Source: Actinomycetota bacterium | Lineage (GTDB): Bacteria > Actinomycetota > Actinomycetes > S36-B12 > UBA10799 | Length of the DNA stretch: 64,000 nucleotides | NCBI GenBank assembly: GCA_020637055.1 | Contig: JACJWR010000001.1 | Location: 101,237-165,236, forward strand | Reading direction: 5' to 3' | Shown: one piece after another, positions 56,618-64,000 of the stretch | Position numbering within the stretch: the stretch's first letter is position 1 | Layout of the letters: the number at the start of each line of letters is the position of its first letter | Notes under the pieces: generated by a model | Databases searched by the model: none | The model's input: only the letters and a program-made list of their open reading frames with translations | Told to the model about the DNA's origin: nothing | Made by a program: the position numbers and the translations under genes

Positions 56618-56712
56618 GACTCTCCTCGGTTTGGGCGGCGAGCACCGGTGCCCCGCCGGCCGACTGGGGCCAGCACGACACCCGGACGGCGTCGGCCACT
56701 CGATCCGCTCAA

Positions 56713-57711
56713 CTACGGCTCAGCCACCGCCGAGCCCAGCACCACTGTGCCAGAGATCCGCCGCGCGATGACGCCCCCCGGCAGATCTACCTGCCCCTGG
56801 CCGTGCCAATCCGCGATCAGAGCGGTGAGCGATGCGAGGTGCACGGCGGACAGCCGACCGCCCGACGCGCCAGCCGCCTGGGCCGCCGCGCGCATGATCC
56901 GGGTGAGGACCGCGGCGGGCTTGTGCCGCAACTCGGCGGCCCGCACCTCCACCGTGCCACCCGGGGTGGCGCTCACGTTAACGGCCGCCAATTCCTCGGC
57001 CCACGTGTCGATCGCGGCCACTTCGGCGCGTACTTGCTCGGCGCTGCGTGCCAACGCCGCTGTGATGCCCGGGCCCAGTTCGCCCTCCAACATGGGGAGC
57101 ACCCGGTTGCGCACTCGGCTGCGGGTGAACCTGGGATCGTCGTTGGCGGGGTCGTGCCACACGGGCAGGGTCGGATATGCGGCGCGGACGAGCGACCGCC
57201 GCAGGCCGAGCAACGGTCGGCGGTAGATACCGCGCACGGCCGGCATCCCGGCGAGCGCCCGGGGCCCGGATCCACGAGACAGCCCGATGAGCACGGTTTC
57301 GGCTTGATCGTCTGCGGTATGACCGAGCAGCACGGCGGCCGCCCCCTGCTCGTGGGCCGCCTGCTCCAACGCCGGGTAGCGCGCGTCCCGGGCAGCCGCC
57401 TCGACACCCTTCCCGGCAGTAAGATCCGGTCGGATCCGGAGCACCAGCACCGGCTCCAGTCCCAGCCGGCGGCACTGTGCGCCCGCGGTGTCGGCGATCT
57501 CCGCCGAATCGGGCTGCAATCCGTGATCCACCACCACAGCGCCGGCCCGCAGACCGGCGAAGCGTCGAGTGCGCACGACCTCCGCGGTGGCGGCGGCCAG
57601 CGCCAACGAGTCGGCGCCGCCGGAGCACGCAACGAGGATCCTGTCGCCGTCGGCGAATTCCTCCGCAGTGCGCCGCACCGCCTGCACCACCTGCCGCGCA
57701 GCGTCGGTCAC
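56713..57711 (-). CDS. tilS: tRNA(Ile)-lysidine synthetase
   Basis: PP-loop [15 protein letters not shown]. Start moved to GTG 57711, which overlaps the upstream stop as GTGA; ORF-track start 57789 would overlap the upstream gene by 82 nt. Confidence 0.85.
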   Translation of the reverse strand: MTDAARQVVQAVRRTAEEFADGDRILVACSGGADSLALAAATAEVVRTRRFAGLRAGAVVVDHGLQPDSAEIADTAGAQCRRLGLEPVLVLRIRPDLTAGKGVEAAARDARYPALEQAAHEQGAAAVLLGHTADDQAETVLIGLSRGSGPRALAGMPAVRGIYRRPLLGLRRSLVRAAYPTLPVWHDPANDDPRFTRSRVRNRVLPMLEGELGPGITAALARSAEQVRAEVAAIDTWAEELAAVNVSATPGGTVEVRAAELRHKPAAVLTRIMRAAAQAAGASGGRLSAVHLASLTALIADWHGQGQVDLPGGVIARRISGTVVLGSAVAEP

Positions 57712-58724
57712 ATCGAACGCACCCGGGCCACCCAGGCCGTCGAATCGTTGATCTCGCCGGCGAGGGGCAAAGTCGCCGGGCCGCTCCACACCTTGTTGAA
57801 CCCCGACAGTCCGACCTGGTCGATGACAGCCCGGGTGAAGGCGGCGCCCTCACGGTATTGAGCCAGTTTCGCGTCCAGGCCGAGCAACCGTCGCAGCACT
57901 GCGTCGAACAATCCCCCGCCGCGCCGCCGCTGCTCGAAGGCCACCCGCAACCGCGCCGCCGAAGGCACCACCTCCTCGGACTGATCCATGACCCAGTCCG
58001 CGTGCCCCTCCAGCAGACTCATCAGGGCCATCAGTCCAGACATCCGGCTGCGCATCTGCGGCGACTGCAGCCAACCGGCGACGCCGCCGGAGTCGGCATT
58101 CCTGATTCCAGACGCCAGTCGGGCCGCGAGTTCGGCCGGCCCGACGTCCAGGCCCCGCACCAGCGCGGCGACTTCACCGGCGAAGTACTCCGACAGCCAC
58201 GGGTGGGCGCCGAACTGCACCCGATGGGTCTCCTCGTGCATGCACACCCACAGCCGGAAGTCGTGCTCGTCGACGCCCATCACCGTGGCCGCCTGGACGA
58301 TGTTCGGCGCCACCAGCAGCAACCGCTGCGGACCGTCCGACTCCGCCGGCAGCGCCTCGTATTGGCCGAGTACCTTCCCGGAGAGCCAGCCCAGCGCCAA
58401 CCCCAGTTGCAGGCCGGCCAACCGGGACGAGACCGGTTGGGCGAATCCGCCGACCTGCCGCTCGCCGTCGGTCAACGGCGTGAGCACGGTCCGCAGGGCG
58501 CCGGCGTTCGAGCGAATCCACTCCGCCCGGTCCACCACCACTGCGGGGGGCGCCTCGGGCGCCGAAAGCGCGGTGATCCCCGCCACCGGCTCGACCACTG
58601 CGGCGGCAGCCTCCCGCAGGGCGGCGACTTCGGCCGCCGCTTCGGTCATGGACATCTCAGGCCCGCTGCTGGCCGTGCGGACCCCGGTGGCCAACGCCAG
58701 GCCCCAATCGACCGCCTCGGACAT
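57708..58724 (-). CDS. Zinc-dependent metalloprotease (DUF2342 family, Rv3626c-like)
   Basis: HEETHRVQF HExxH motif; family usually found upstream of tilS in actinobacteria (from memory). Confidence 0.75.
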   Translation of the reverse strand: MSEAVDWGLALATGVRTASSGPEMSMTEAAAEVAALREAAAAVVEPVAGITALSAPEAPPAVVVDRAEWIRSNAGALRTVLTPLTDGERQVGGFAQPVSSRLAGLQLGLALGWLSGKVLGQYEALPAESDGPQRLLLVAPNIVQAATVMGVDEHDFRLWVCMHEETHRVQFGAHPWLSEYFAGEVAALVRGLDVGPAELAARLASGIRNADSGGVAGWLQSPQMRSRMSGLMALMSLLEGHADWVMDQSEEVVPSAARLRVAFEQRRRGGGLFDAVLRRLLGLDAKLAQYREGAAFTRAVIDQVGLSGFNKVWSGPATLPLAGEINDSTAWVARVRSM

Positions 58725-58733
58725 GGGGCAACC

Positions 58734-60125
58734 CTACGCCGCTCCCCCGCTGCAACCACACTGCGCCAATGCACTCGTCGCGGTGTCGAGCGCCTGCCTG
58801 GCGGCCAAGATGTCGTCGGCGCCGTTGGTGATGATCGAGAAGGTCAGCAGTTGACCGTCAGCCGTCACCACCTGCCCGCTCAGGGCGGAAACCCCGGTCA
58901 ACGTCCCGGTCTTGCCCCGCACGTCGCCCCGGCCGGCCGCGGTTTCCGGGGTGTCGAAGCGGTCGGCCAGTGTTCCGGTGGAACCGGCGACCGGTAGGCC
59001 GGACATGATCGGCCACAGGGCCGACTCCTGATTGCCGAGAGCGGCGTCGAGCAAGGCCACCGCCGTCGCCGGAGCCATCCGATCGTCCACACTCAGCCCG
59101 GAGGCGTCCACCAGGGTCAACCCCGCGGTGGGAAGCCCGAGGCCGGTGAGTATGTCAGCGGTCGCCCGGGCACCCGCCGCGAACGATGCCTCGCCGGACT
59201 CCGCCAAGCCGACCAGGTGTCCGAGCATCTCGGCGCTGACATTGTCCGAGTCGGTGAGCATCTGCTCCACCAGCGCCGCCGCGGGCTGCGATTCGACCGC
59301 GGCCAAGGTGCGCGCCGCCTCCCCGACCTCCTGCCGGGCCACGTCGCCGACAACGCTGATGCCGTAGTCGGCGAGCAGCCCCGCGAACACCCGGCCTGCG
59401 GTGACCGCGGGATCGACGTCCGGCACACACTCCACGGCCGGCTCGACCTGGAAGACCCGCAGTGCGGAGATGGGCGTCACCAGGCACAGATCCACATCCT
59501 CGGCCTCCCAGCCGGGGCCGAGCGTCGGCGGTGAGAACAGCGAATCGTCCACCGCTACGGCGACCTCGACTGAACCAGCCGCCTTCAGTTCGGCCGCAGA
59601 CACCGCGGCCAACTGGCGCAGCGAGGCCCCGTAGAGCTCCGGCTGCGGCTCGGCGGTCAGCAGCGGGTCGCCGCCGCCGACCAGCACAACGGTGCCGGGA
59701 TCGGGCGCCACCACGGTCGTGCTGACCCGGTGACCGGCCCCCAACGATTCCAGCACCGCCGTCGCCGTGGCCAACTTCACTGTCGAGGCGGGCACCAGCG
59801 GAGTGCCCGCGGCGAGGTCGAGTACGACGTCGCCGGTCGCCGGGTCGGACACCACGAGACCGATCGGCGGGGCCAACGCCGGGTCGGCCAGGGCCGGAGC
59901 CAACGCCCGCAGGACACCCTCTCGGGTGACGGTCGCCGACGGGTTCGGCAATGGGGGCAGGGCCGGAACCATACTGGCCGACGCCAGGCCGGACACTGGC
60001 TCGCCGAGTTCGGCACTGGTGCCCGGGGATGGGGATTCGGCGGCCAACGCCGCCGTGGCGCCCAGCGTTCCCGCCACGACCACCCCGGCCAGCAGCAGCG
60101 GCCCAAGCGCCGGCGGGCGACGCAT
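58734..60125 (-). CDS. dacB: D-alanyl-D-alanine carboxypeptidase/endopeptidase (PBP4, peptidase S13)
   Basis: Signal peptide MRRPPALGPLLLAGVVVAGTLGATAALA, active-site ASTVKL (SxxK), SDN in TDSDNVSAEML, KTGTL. Start 60125 preferred to 60206/60281. Confidence 0.85.
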   Translation of the reverse strand: MRRPPALGPLLLAGVVVAGTLGATAALAAESPSPGTSAELGEPVSGLASASMVPALPPLPNPSATVTREGVLRALAPALADPALAPPIGLVVSDPATGDVVLDLAAGTPLVPASTVKLATATAVLESLGAGHRVSTTVVAPDPGTVVLVGGGDPLLTAEPQPELYGASLRQLAAVSAAELKAAGSVEVAVAVDDSLFSPPTLGPGWEAEDVDLCLVTPISALRVFQVEPAVECVPDVDPAVTAGRVFAGLLADYGISVVGDVARQEVGEAARTLAAVESQPAAALVEQMLTDSDNVSAEMLGHLVGLAESGEASFAAGARATADILTGLGLPTAGLTLVDASGLSVDDRMAPATAVALLDAALGNQESALWPIMSGLPVAGSTGTLADRFDTPETAAGRGDVRGKTGTLTGVSALSGQVVTADGQLLTFSIITNGADDILAARQALDTATSALAQCGCSGGAA

Positions 60126-60183
60126 AGCGGCCCGGCCACGTCTGGCAATCTGCACGGGAACCGACTTTAGGCGACGCCGGCCG

Positions 60184-60229
60184 GATTGCCGGTGATTGCC
60201 GAGCATGGCACGACAGACTAGGACAGACT
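60184..60229. promoter_or_regulatory. Two pairs of 10-bp-phased direct repeats between dacB and ppa
   Basis: GATTGCC at 60184-60190 and 60194-60200; GACAGACT at 60212-60219 and 60222-60229. Confidence 0.4.
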
Positions 60230-60305
60230 GACCAACGTCCGACCCAGACCGCACCCGGGGGTGACCCGGCGTGGACGGCAACGCACGTCAACGAAGGAGA
60301 ATCCA

Positions 60306-60806
60306 GTGGAGTTCGACGTCACCATCGAGATCCCCAAGGGGAGCCGCAACAAATACGAGGTCGACCACGAGACCGGACGCATCCGCCTTGACCGCATGCT
60401 CTTCACCGCCACCCGCTACCCACACGACTACGGCTTCGTCGAAGACACCCTCGGCCTCGACGGCGACCCGCTGGACGCACTCGTCCTGGTCCGCGAGCGA
60501 ACTTTCCCCGGTTGCGTGATCCGCTGCCGCACCATCGGCATGTTCCGGATGACCGATGAGGCCGGCGGCGATGACAAACTCATCTGCGTGGTGGCCGGCG
60601 ACCCGCGCGCCTCCCACTTGCAGGACATCTCCGACCTCGACGACTTCGAACGACTCGAGGTGGAGCACTTCTTCCAGGTCTACAAGGACCTCGAGCCGGG
60701 CAAGTCGGTAGAGGGTGCCAGTTGGGCAGGGCGCGCCGAGGCCGAGGCCGAGGTGGTCGCCTCGTACGAACGTGAGCAACAGCGAATCGCCGGACAGTCC
60801 ACCTGA
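60306..60806 (+). CDS. ppa: Inorganic pyrophosphatase
   Basis: [43 protein letters not shown] 60306 preceded by GAAGGAGA. Confidence 0.95.
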   Translation: MEFDVTIEIPKGSRNKYEVDHETGRIRLDRMLFTATRYPHDYGFVEDTLGLDGDPLDALVLVRERTFPGCVIRCRTIGMFRMTDEAGGDDKLICVVAGDPRASHLQDISDLDDFERLEVEHFFQVYKDLEPGKSVEGASWAGRAEAEAEVVASYEREQQRIAGQST

Positions 60807-60917
60807 GCGACCCACCGGCCGTGCGGTTGGTATCGGTGCAGCCGACCGTCTCGGGGTGACCTGCGCCACGAACTGGCCGAGCGGCATGGTCGGCGGGTTC
60901 ATGTCGATCACTAGGGT

Positions 60918-62393
60918 GTGGGATTTGTGAGCACTGCACCGGGCATTCCTGCCGTCGCCACCGGAGGACCCGGTTCGGCAGCCGTCGCCACCGGCAACGC
61001 CGCCACCACGGCGGCCGCCGTGACGGTCCTGTCGCTCGGCGGCTCGGCGATCGATGCGGCCGTGGCCGCCGGCTTCGCCTCGACGGTGGCCGAACCCGGC
61101 CTGACGAGCCTGGCCGGAGGCGGTTTCGCCATCGTGGCCCACCCGGACGGCACGGTCGAGTCGTGCGACTTCTTCACCGCGGTGCCGGGCCTCGAGCGAA
61201 TCGGCCCGTGGGCCGAACCCACGACCATCACGGTCGTGTACCCGTCCGCCCAACAGGACTTCCAGGTGGGCCCCGCCGCGGCTGCGGTCCCCGGCATGCT
61301 CGCCGGCCTGCTGGAACTGCACCGCCGCTACGGAACTCTGGACATCGCCACGATCACCGAACCCGCCTGGCGGTTGGCTGAGGCGGGCGCGATCATCGAC
61401 TCCGCCCAGGCGTACATCCTCGAGTTGATCGACCCGATCGTGCGGCACACCGCCTCCGCCGCCCGGGTCTACGCCCCCGGTGGCCGACGACTGGCAGCAG
61501 GCGACGTGCTCGACGACGCGGAATTGGCGGCGTTCTTGGCGAAAGTCGCCGCCGGCGAGGTGACAGCCGCAACGAGTGACGCCTTCGCGACGCCGCTGCT
61601 GAGCTTGGCTGCGGAGGGCTGCCACATCACGGCCGCAGACCTGGCGGCCTACCGACCCGTGTGGCGCGATCCACTCATCACGGCTCGCGACGGTTGGACG
61701 CTGGTGACGAACCCTGCTCCGGCGTACGGCGGTGAGATCATCGCCAAGGCGGTGAACGAAATCGAGGCCTACAGCTACGAATCCCTCACCACCTCGTTGG
61801 CCCGAGCCACCGCCCAAGTGAAGGGAACGCTGGCCGCATCGACCGGAACGACGCAGATCTCCGTGGTCGACCGGCAGGGGTTGATGGTCTCGATGACGAC
61901 TACGAACGGGGCCGGTGGCGGCGTGCTCGTGCCAGGCACCGGAATCCACCTCAACAACATGTTGGGTGAAGACGATCTGCTCCCCGGCGGACTCGAGTCG
62001 GTGACGCCAGGACAGCGGCTGCGCTCGATGAGCGCGCCGACCATCCTGATCTCGCCGGAGGGCACGACCACCGCGCTGGGCAGCGGTGGATCGGCTCGGA
62101 TCCGCTCGGCACTGTCCACCGTGATCGTGCGGCTGCGCGACGGCGGGGAGCCGCTTCAGCAGGCCATCGCCGGGCCCCGGGCGCACCTGGAGGATTCCGG
62201 CGTAGTGCAGGCGGAGCACGGGCTGTCGGCCGAATCACTGGCCCAACTGCGGACGGCCTACCCGGTGAACGAATGGGCCGGCACCGACTTCTACTTCGGC
62301 GGTGTCAACGCGGTGCAACGCGAGCCGGACGGCGCGGTGACCGCAGTCGCCGACCATCGCCGCAACGGCACCGCGGCGATCGTGGCCAGCTAA
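60918..62393 (+). CDS. ggt: Gamma-glutamyltransferase family protein
   Basis: Nucleophile region TGTTQISVVDRQGLMVSMTTTNG, LNNMLGE, GSGGSARI. GTG 60918 or 60927; in-frame TAG at 60912. Confidence 0.85.
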   Translation: MGFVSTAPGIPAVATGGPGSAAVATGNAATTAAAVTVLSLGGSAIDAAVAAGFASTVAEPGLTSLAGGGFAIVAHPDGTVESCDFFTAVPGLERIGPWAEPTTITVVYPSAQQDFQVGPAAAAVPGMLAGLLELHRRYGTLDIATITEPAWRLAEAGAIIDSAQAYILELIDPIVRHTASAARVYAPGGRRLAAGDVLDDAELAAFLAKVAAGEVTAATSDAFATPLLSLAAEGCHITAADLAAYRPVWRDPLITARDGWTLVTNPAPAYGGEIIAKAVNEIEAYSYESLTTSLARATAQVKGTLAASTGTTQISVVDRQGLMVSMTTTNGAGGGVLVPGTGIHLNNMLGEDDLLPGGLESVTPGQRLRSMSAPTILISPEGTTTALGSGGSARIRSALSTVIVRLRDGGEPLQQAIAGPRAHLEDSGVVQAEHGLSAESLAQLRTAYPVNEWAGTDFYFGGVNAVQREPDGAVTAVADHRRNGTAAIVAS

Positions 62394-63136
62394 TCGGAGC
62401 CCCGCACGTACACGAAGTCGTGTGACTGCCGGCCTGCAGCTGCGCCGGCCGCCTCGAATTTCGTGACGGGGCGCCAGGTTGGCCGGGGTCCGTGTAGCAG
62501 CACCGGCCGAAGAGTCGGCTCGGCGCCGAGCACCGCCACCATCTGCTCCGCGTAGTCATCGACGTCGGTGGCGGCATGCAGGGTGCCGCCGGCGCGCAAG
62601 CGGGACGCCATCAGGGCCACCGCCGACGGCTGGAATAGGCGCCTCTTGTGATGCCGGGCTTTGGGCCACGGGTCGGGGAACCACACGCGGATTCCGGAAA
62701 GGCTGTTCTCAGGCACCAGATTCGCCAGCGCCGAGACCGCATCGTCGGGGTGGATCCGGACGTTGTCGAACCCCGCGGCCGCCACTCCCCTGGCCAGCGC
62801 AGCGATCCCGCGGTCGAGCACCTCCACCGCGATGATTGCGGTGTCGGGTTCGGCACCCGCCATTGCGAGCGTGGCCTCTCCCATGCCGGAGCCGATCTCA
62901 AGCACCACCTCGTGATAGCCCGGCAGCACCTGAGTGAAATCCCAGCGGGTATCCGGCATGCGATACCGGGGCAACTCCACCTGCAGCGCCCGCTGCAGTT
63001 GCGGTCCCAGCCGTCCACCGCGGCGCTGAAAGGTGTGCAACCGTTCGATCGGGATCGACTGCTCCGGCACTCGGGGAGCGTATCGGAGCCCCGGCGACAC
63101 CACGGGGGCGCGAGTGATCCGACGACATGCCTCCAC
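62390..63136 (-). CDS. trmB: tRNA (guanine-N7)-methyltransferase
   Basis: VLEIGSGMGEAT SAM motif, FPDPWPKARHHKRR. True start probably downstream of 63136 (possibly near VPEQSIPIERLHTFQRRGGRL). Confidence 0.85.
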   Translation of the reverse strand: MEACRRITRAPVVSPGLRYAPRVPEQSIPIERLHTFQRRGGRLGPQLQRALQVELPRYRMPDTRWDFTQVLPGYHEVVLEIGSGMGEATLAMAGAEPDTAIIAVEVLDRGIAALARGVAAAGFDNVRIHPDDAVSALANLVPENSLSGIRVWFPDPWPKARHHKRRLFQPSAVALMASRLRAGGTLHAATDVDDYAEQMVAVLGAEPTLRPVLLHGPRPTWRPVTKFEAAGAAAGRQSHDFVYVRGSD

Positions 63137-63840
63137 GCCTTACCCTGTACGGCGTGGTCAACGTCCTCGTGGTCTGCACAGCCAACATCTGCCGCTCACC
63201 CACTGCGGCCCGCGGCTTGCGGGTGGGCCTGGCCGAGGCGGGTCTGGCCCCCGAATCGGTGGAGGTGGAGAGCGCCGGGGTGGCTGCTGCGGATGATCTT
63301 CCGATGTGTGAAGTGGCCGACACTCTTTCGGCGGCGCGACTCGGTTCGGGCGGATCTCACCGGTCCCGCCCCGTCACCGCGGAGATCGCCGAATCGGCCG
63401 ATCTGATCCTGGCCGCCGACCGCGGCCACCGCACCGCTGTCGGGCGACTGGCACCCAGCACCCGTGCCCGGGTCTTCACGCTGCGGCAGGCCGCCCGGCT
63501 GGCCGAGTGGGTCACAACGGACTCCGGTGTGCTTGAGTTTGCCGCCGGGCGCGCCGCCGGCGCCGAGCCGGACCTGCCCGAGGACGATCCACGTATCCAA
63601 GTACCGCCGCTGCCGGAAGATCGCGAACAACGACTCGTCTGGCTGATCTCCGAGATGGACGCCGCTCGGGGTATGGCACCGCTTGACGTCGACACGGGCG
63701 AGCCCTCCGACTGGCACCCCGAGGACATCGTGGATCCGCACGCCACCGACTGGCAGTTGCACGAAGCCGCCGTGGAATCGTGCCTGAATTCGACGGCCGC
63801 CATCGTGCAGGCGTTCCGACGGGTCAACTCGATGCCGTAG
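63127..63840 (+). CDS. Low-molecular-weight protein-tyrosine phosphatase-like protein with a ~65-aa insert
   Basis: P-loop VVCTANICRSP (C-x5-R-S) and late DP motif DIVDPH. True start may be a few codons downstream (VVNVLVV). Confidence 0.75.
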   Translation: MPPRLTLYGVVNVLVVCTANICRSPTAARGLRVGLAEAGLAPESVEVESAGVAAADDLPMCEVADTLSAARLGSGGSHRSRPVTAEIAESADLILAADRGHRTAVGRLAPSTRARVFTLRQAARLAEWVTTDSGVLEFAAGRAAGAEPDLPEDDPRIQVPPLPEDREQRLVWLISEMDAARGMAPLDVDTGEPSDWHPEDIVDPHATDWQLHEAAVESCLNSTAAIVQAFRRVNSMP

Positions 63841-63918
63841 GCTAAGCCCCGCATGCACACTGCGGCGGTGCTCGATTTCGCCCTTGTGCGGGGTCTCAGC
63901 CGTCGAAAGGTTACTAGC

Positions 63919-64000
63919 AGTGGATCTCCGGGACTACCTTCGCATCCTGCGAAAGCGATGGCTGTCGATCGCCATCATCACCGCTCTCGGTGTGGCTATC
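63919..64000 (+). CDS. Polysaccharide chain-length determinant (Wzz) / BY-kinase N-terminus, cut by window edge
   Basis: Own translation VDLRDYLRILRKRWLSIAIITALGVAI, the stereotyped N-terminus plus first TM of Wzz/Wzc-type proteins; GAAAGG RBS 9 nt upstream; not in the ORF track. Confidence 0.7.

Noticed and set aside
56647-56697. Possible fourth, degenerate copy of the hairpin element between tilS and hpt (GGTGCCCCGCCGGC-CGACTGGGGCC...GACGGCGTCGGCC)
   Set aside because: It shares only short words (GGTGCC, GCCGGC, GACTGGGGC, ACGGC) and lacks the complementary 3' arm. In a 70% GC genome this could be chance, so it is kept only as a lead for a covariance-model search.

Overview
High-GC (roughly 70%) chromosomal segment of an Actinomycetota genome. 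All calls rest on reading the six-frame translations and the DNA by eye; no searches were run.

I support about 62 protein genes. I saw no rRNA, tRNA, CRISPR array, transposase or integrase.

**Layout**
1. 1-20171: cell-envelope polysaccharide locus.
   - Wzt/TagH-like exporter ATPase, cut by the left edge and missing from the ORF track.
   - rmlB, rmlD, rmlC.
   - UDP-xylose synthase and a WbaP-type priming transferase.
   - Five glycosyltransferases.
   - A GtrB-like GT2 plus a 13-helix GT-C-like membrane protein.
   - An O-antigen-ligase-like protein.
2. 20195-31851: core genes.
   - tetR-proline dehydrogenase-proC-acuC operon.
   - Sugar-phosphate isomerase, P-type ATPase, ppx.
   - Cys-rich Rv0495c-like protein.
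   - radA, mutY.
3. 32051-44659 and 50777-60806: backbone syntenic (from memory) with M. tuberculosis Rv3596c-Rv3628.
   - clpC, lsr2, coaX, panC.
   - DUF2520 protein, PH-domain pair, DUF3180 protein.
   - folB-folK, folP, folE, ftsH, hpt, tilS, dacB, ppa.
4. 44660-50776: accessory insertion into that backbone.
   - Orphan degenerate NuoD-like protein.
   - PAS-PAS-GGDEF cyclase.
   - OsmU/OpuC-type ABC transporter.
5. Right edge: ggt, trmB, an LMW-PTP with an insert, and the start of a Wzz/BY-kinase gene, which opens a second polysaccharide locus.

**Main hunt results**
- A family of long-loop hairpin repeats with perfectly paired but non-homologous stems and a conserved core of about 59 nt. 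There are two inverted copies at 10222-10496 and a third at 31905-31992. I cannot place it in any RNA or repeat family I know.
- The stand-alone NuoD-like protein, in which both quinone-site ligands appear substituted.
- A translationally coupled pair, GINT1_N-like protein plus polytopic membrane protein, inside the glycan locus.
- nadB-nadC sitting where panD sits in mycobacteria.
- An in-frame folB-folK fusion.
- Recurrent TANNNT-N6/7-start (leaderless) and ATGA/GTGA coupling architectures. These let me move many start codons relative to the ORF track.
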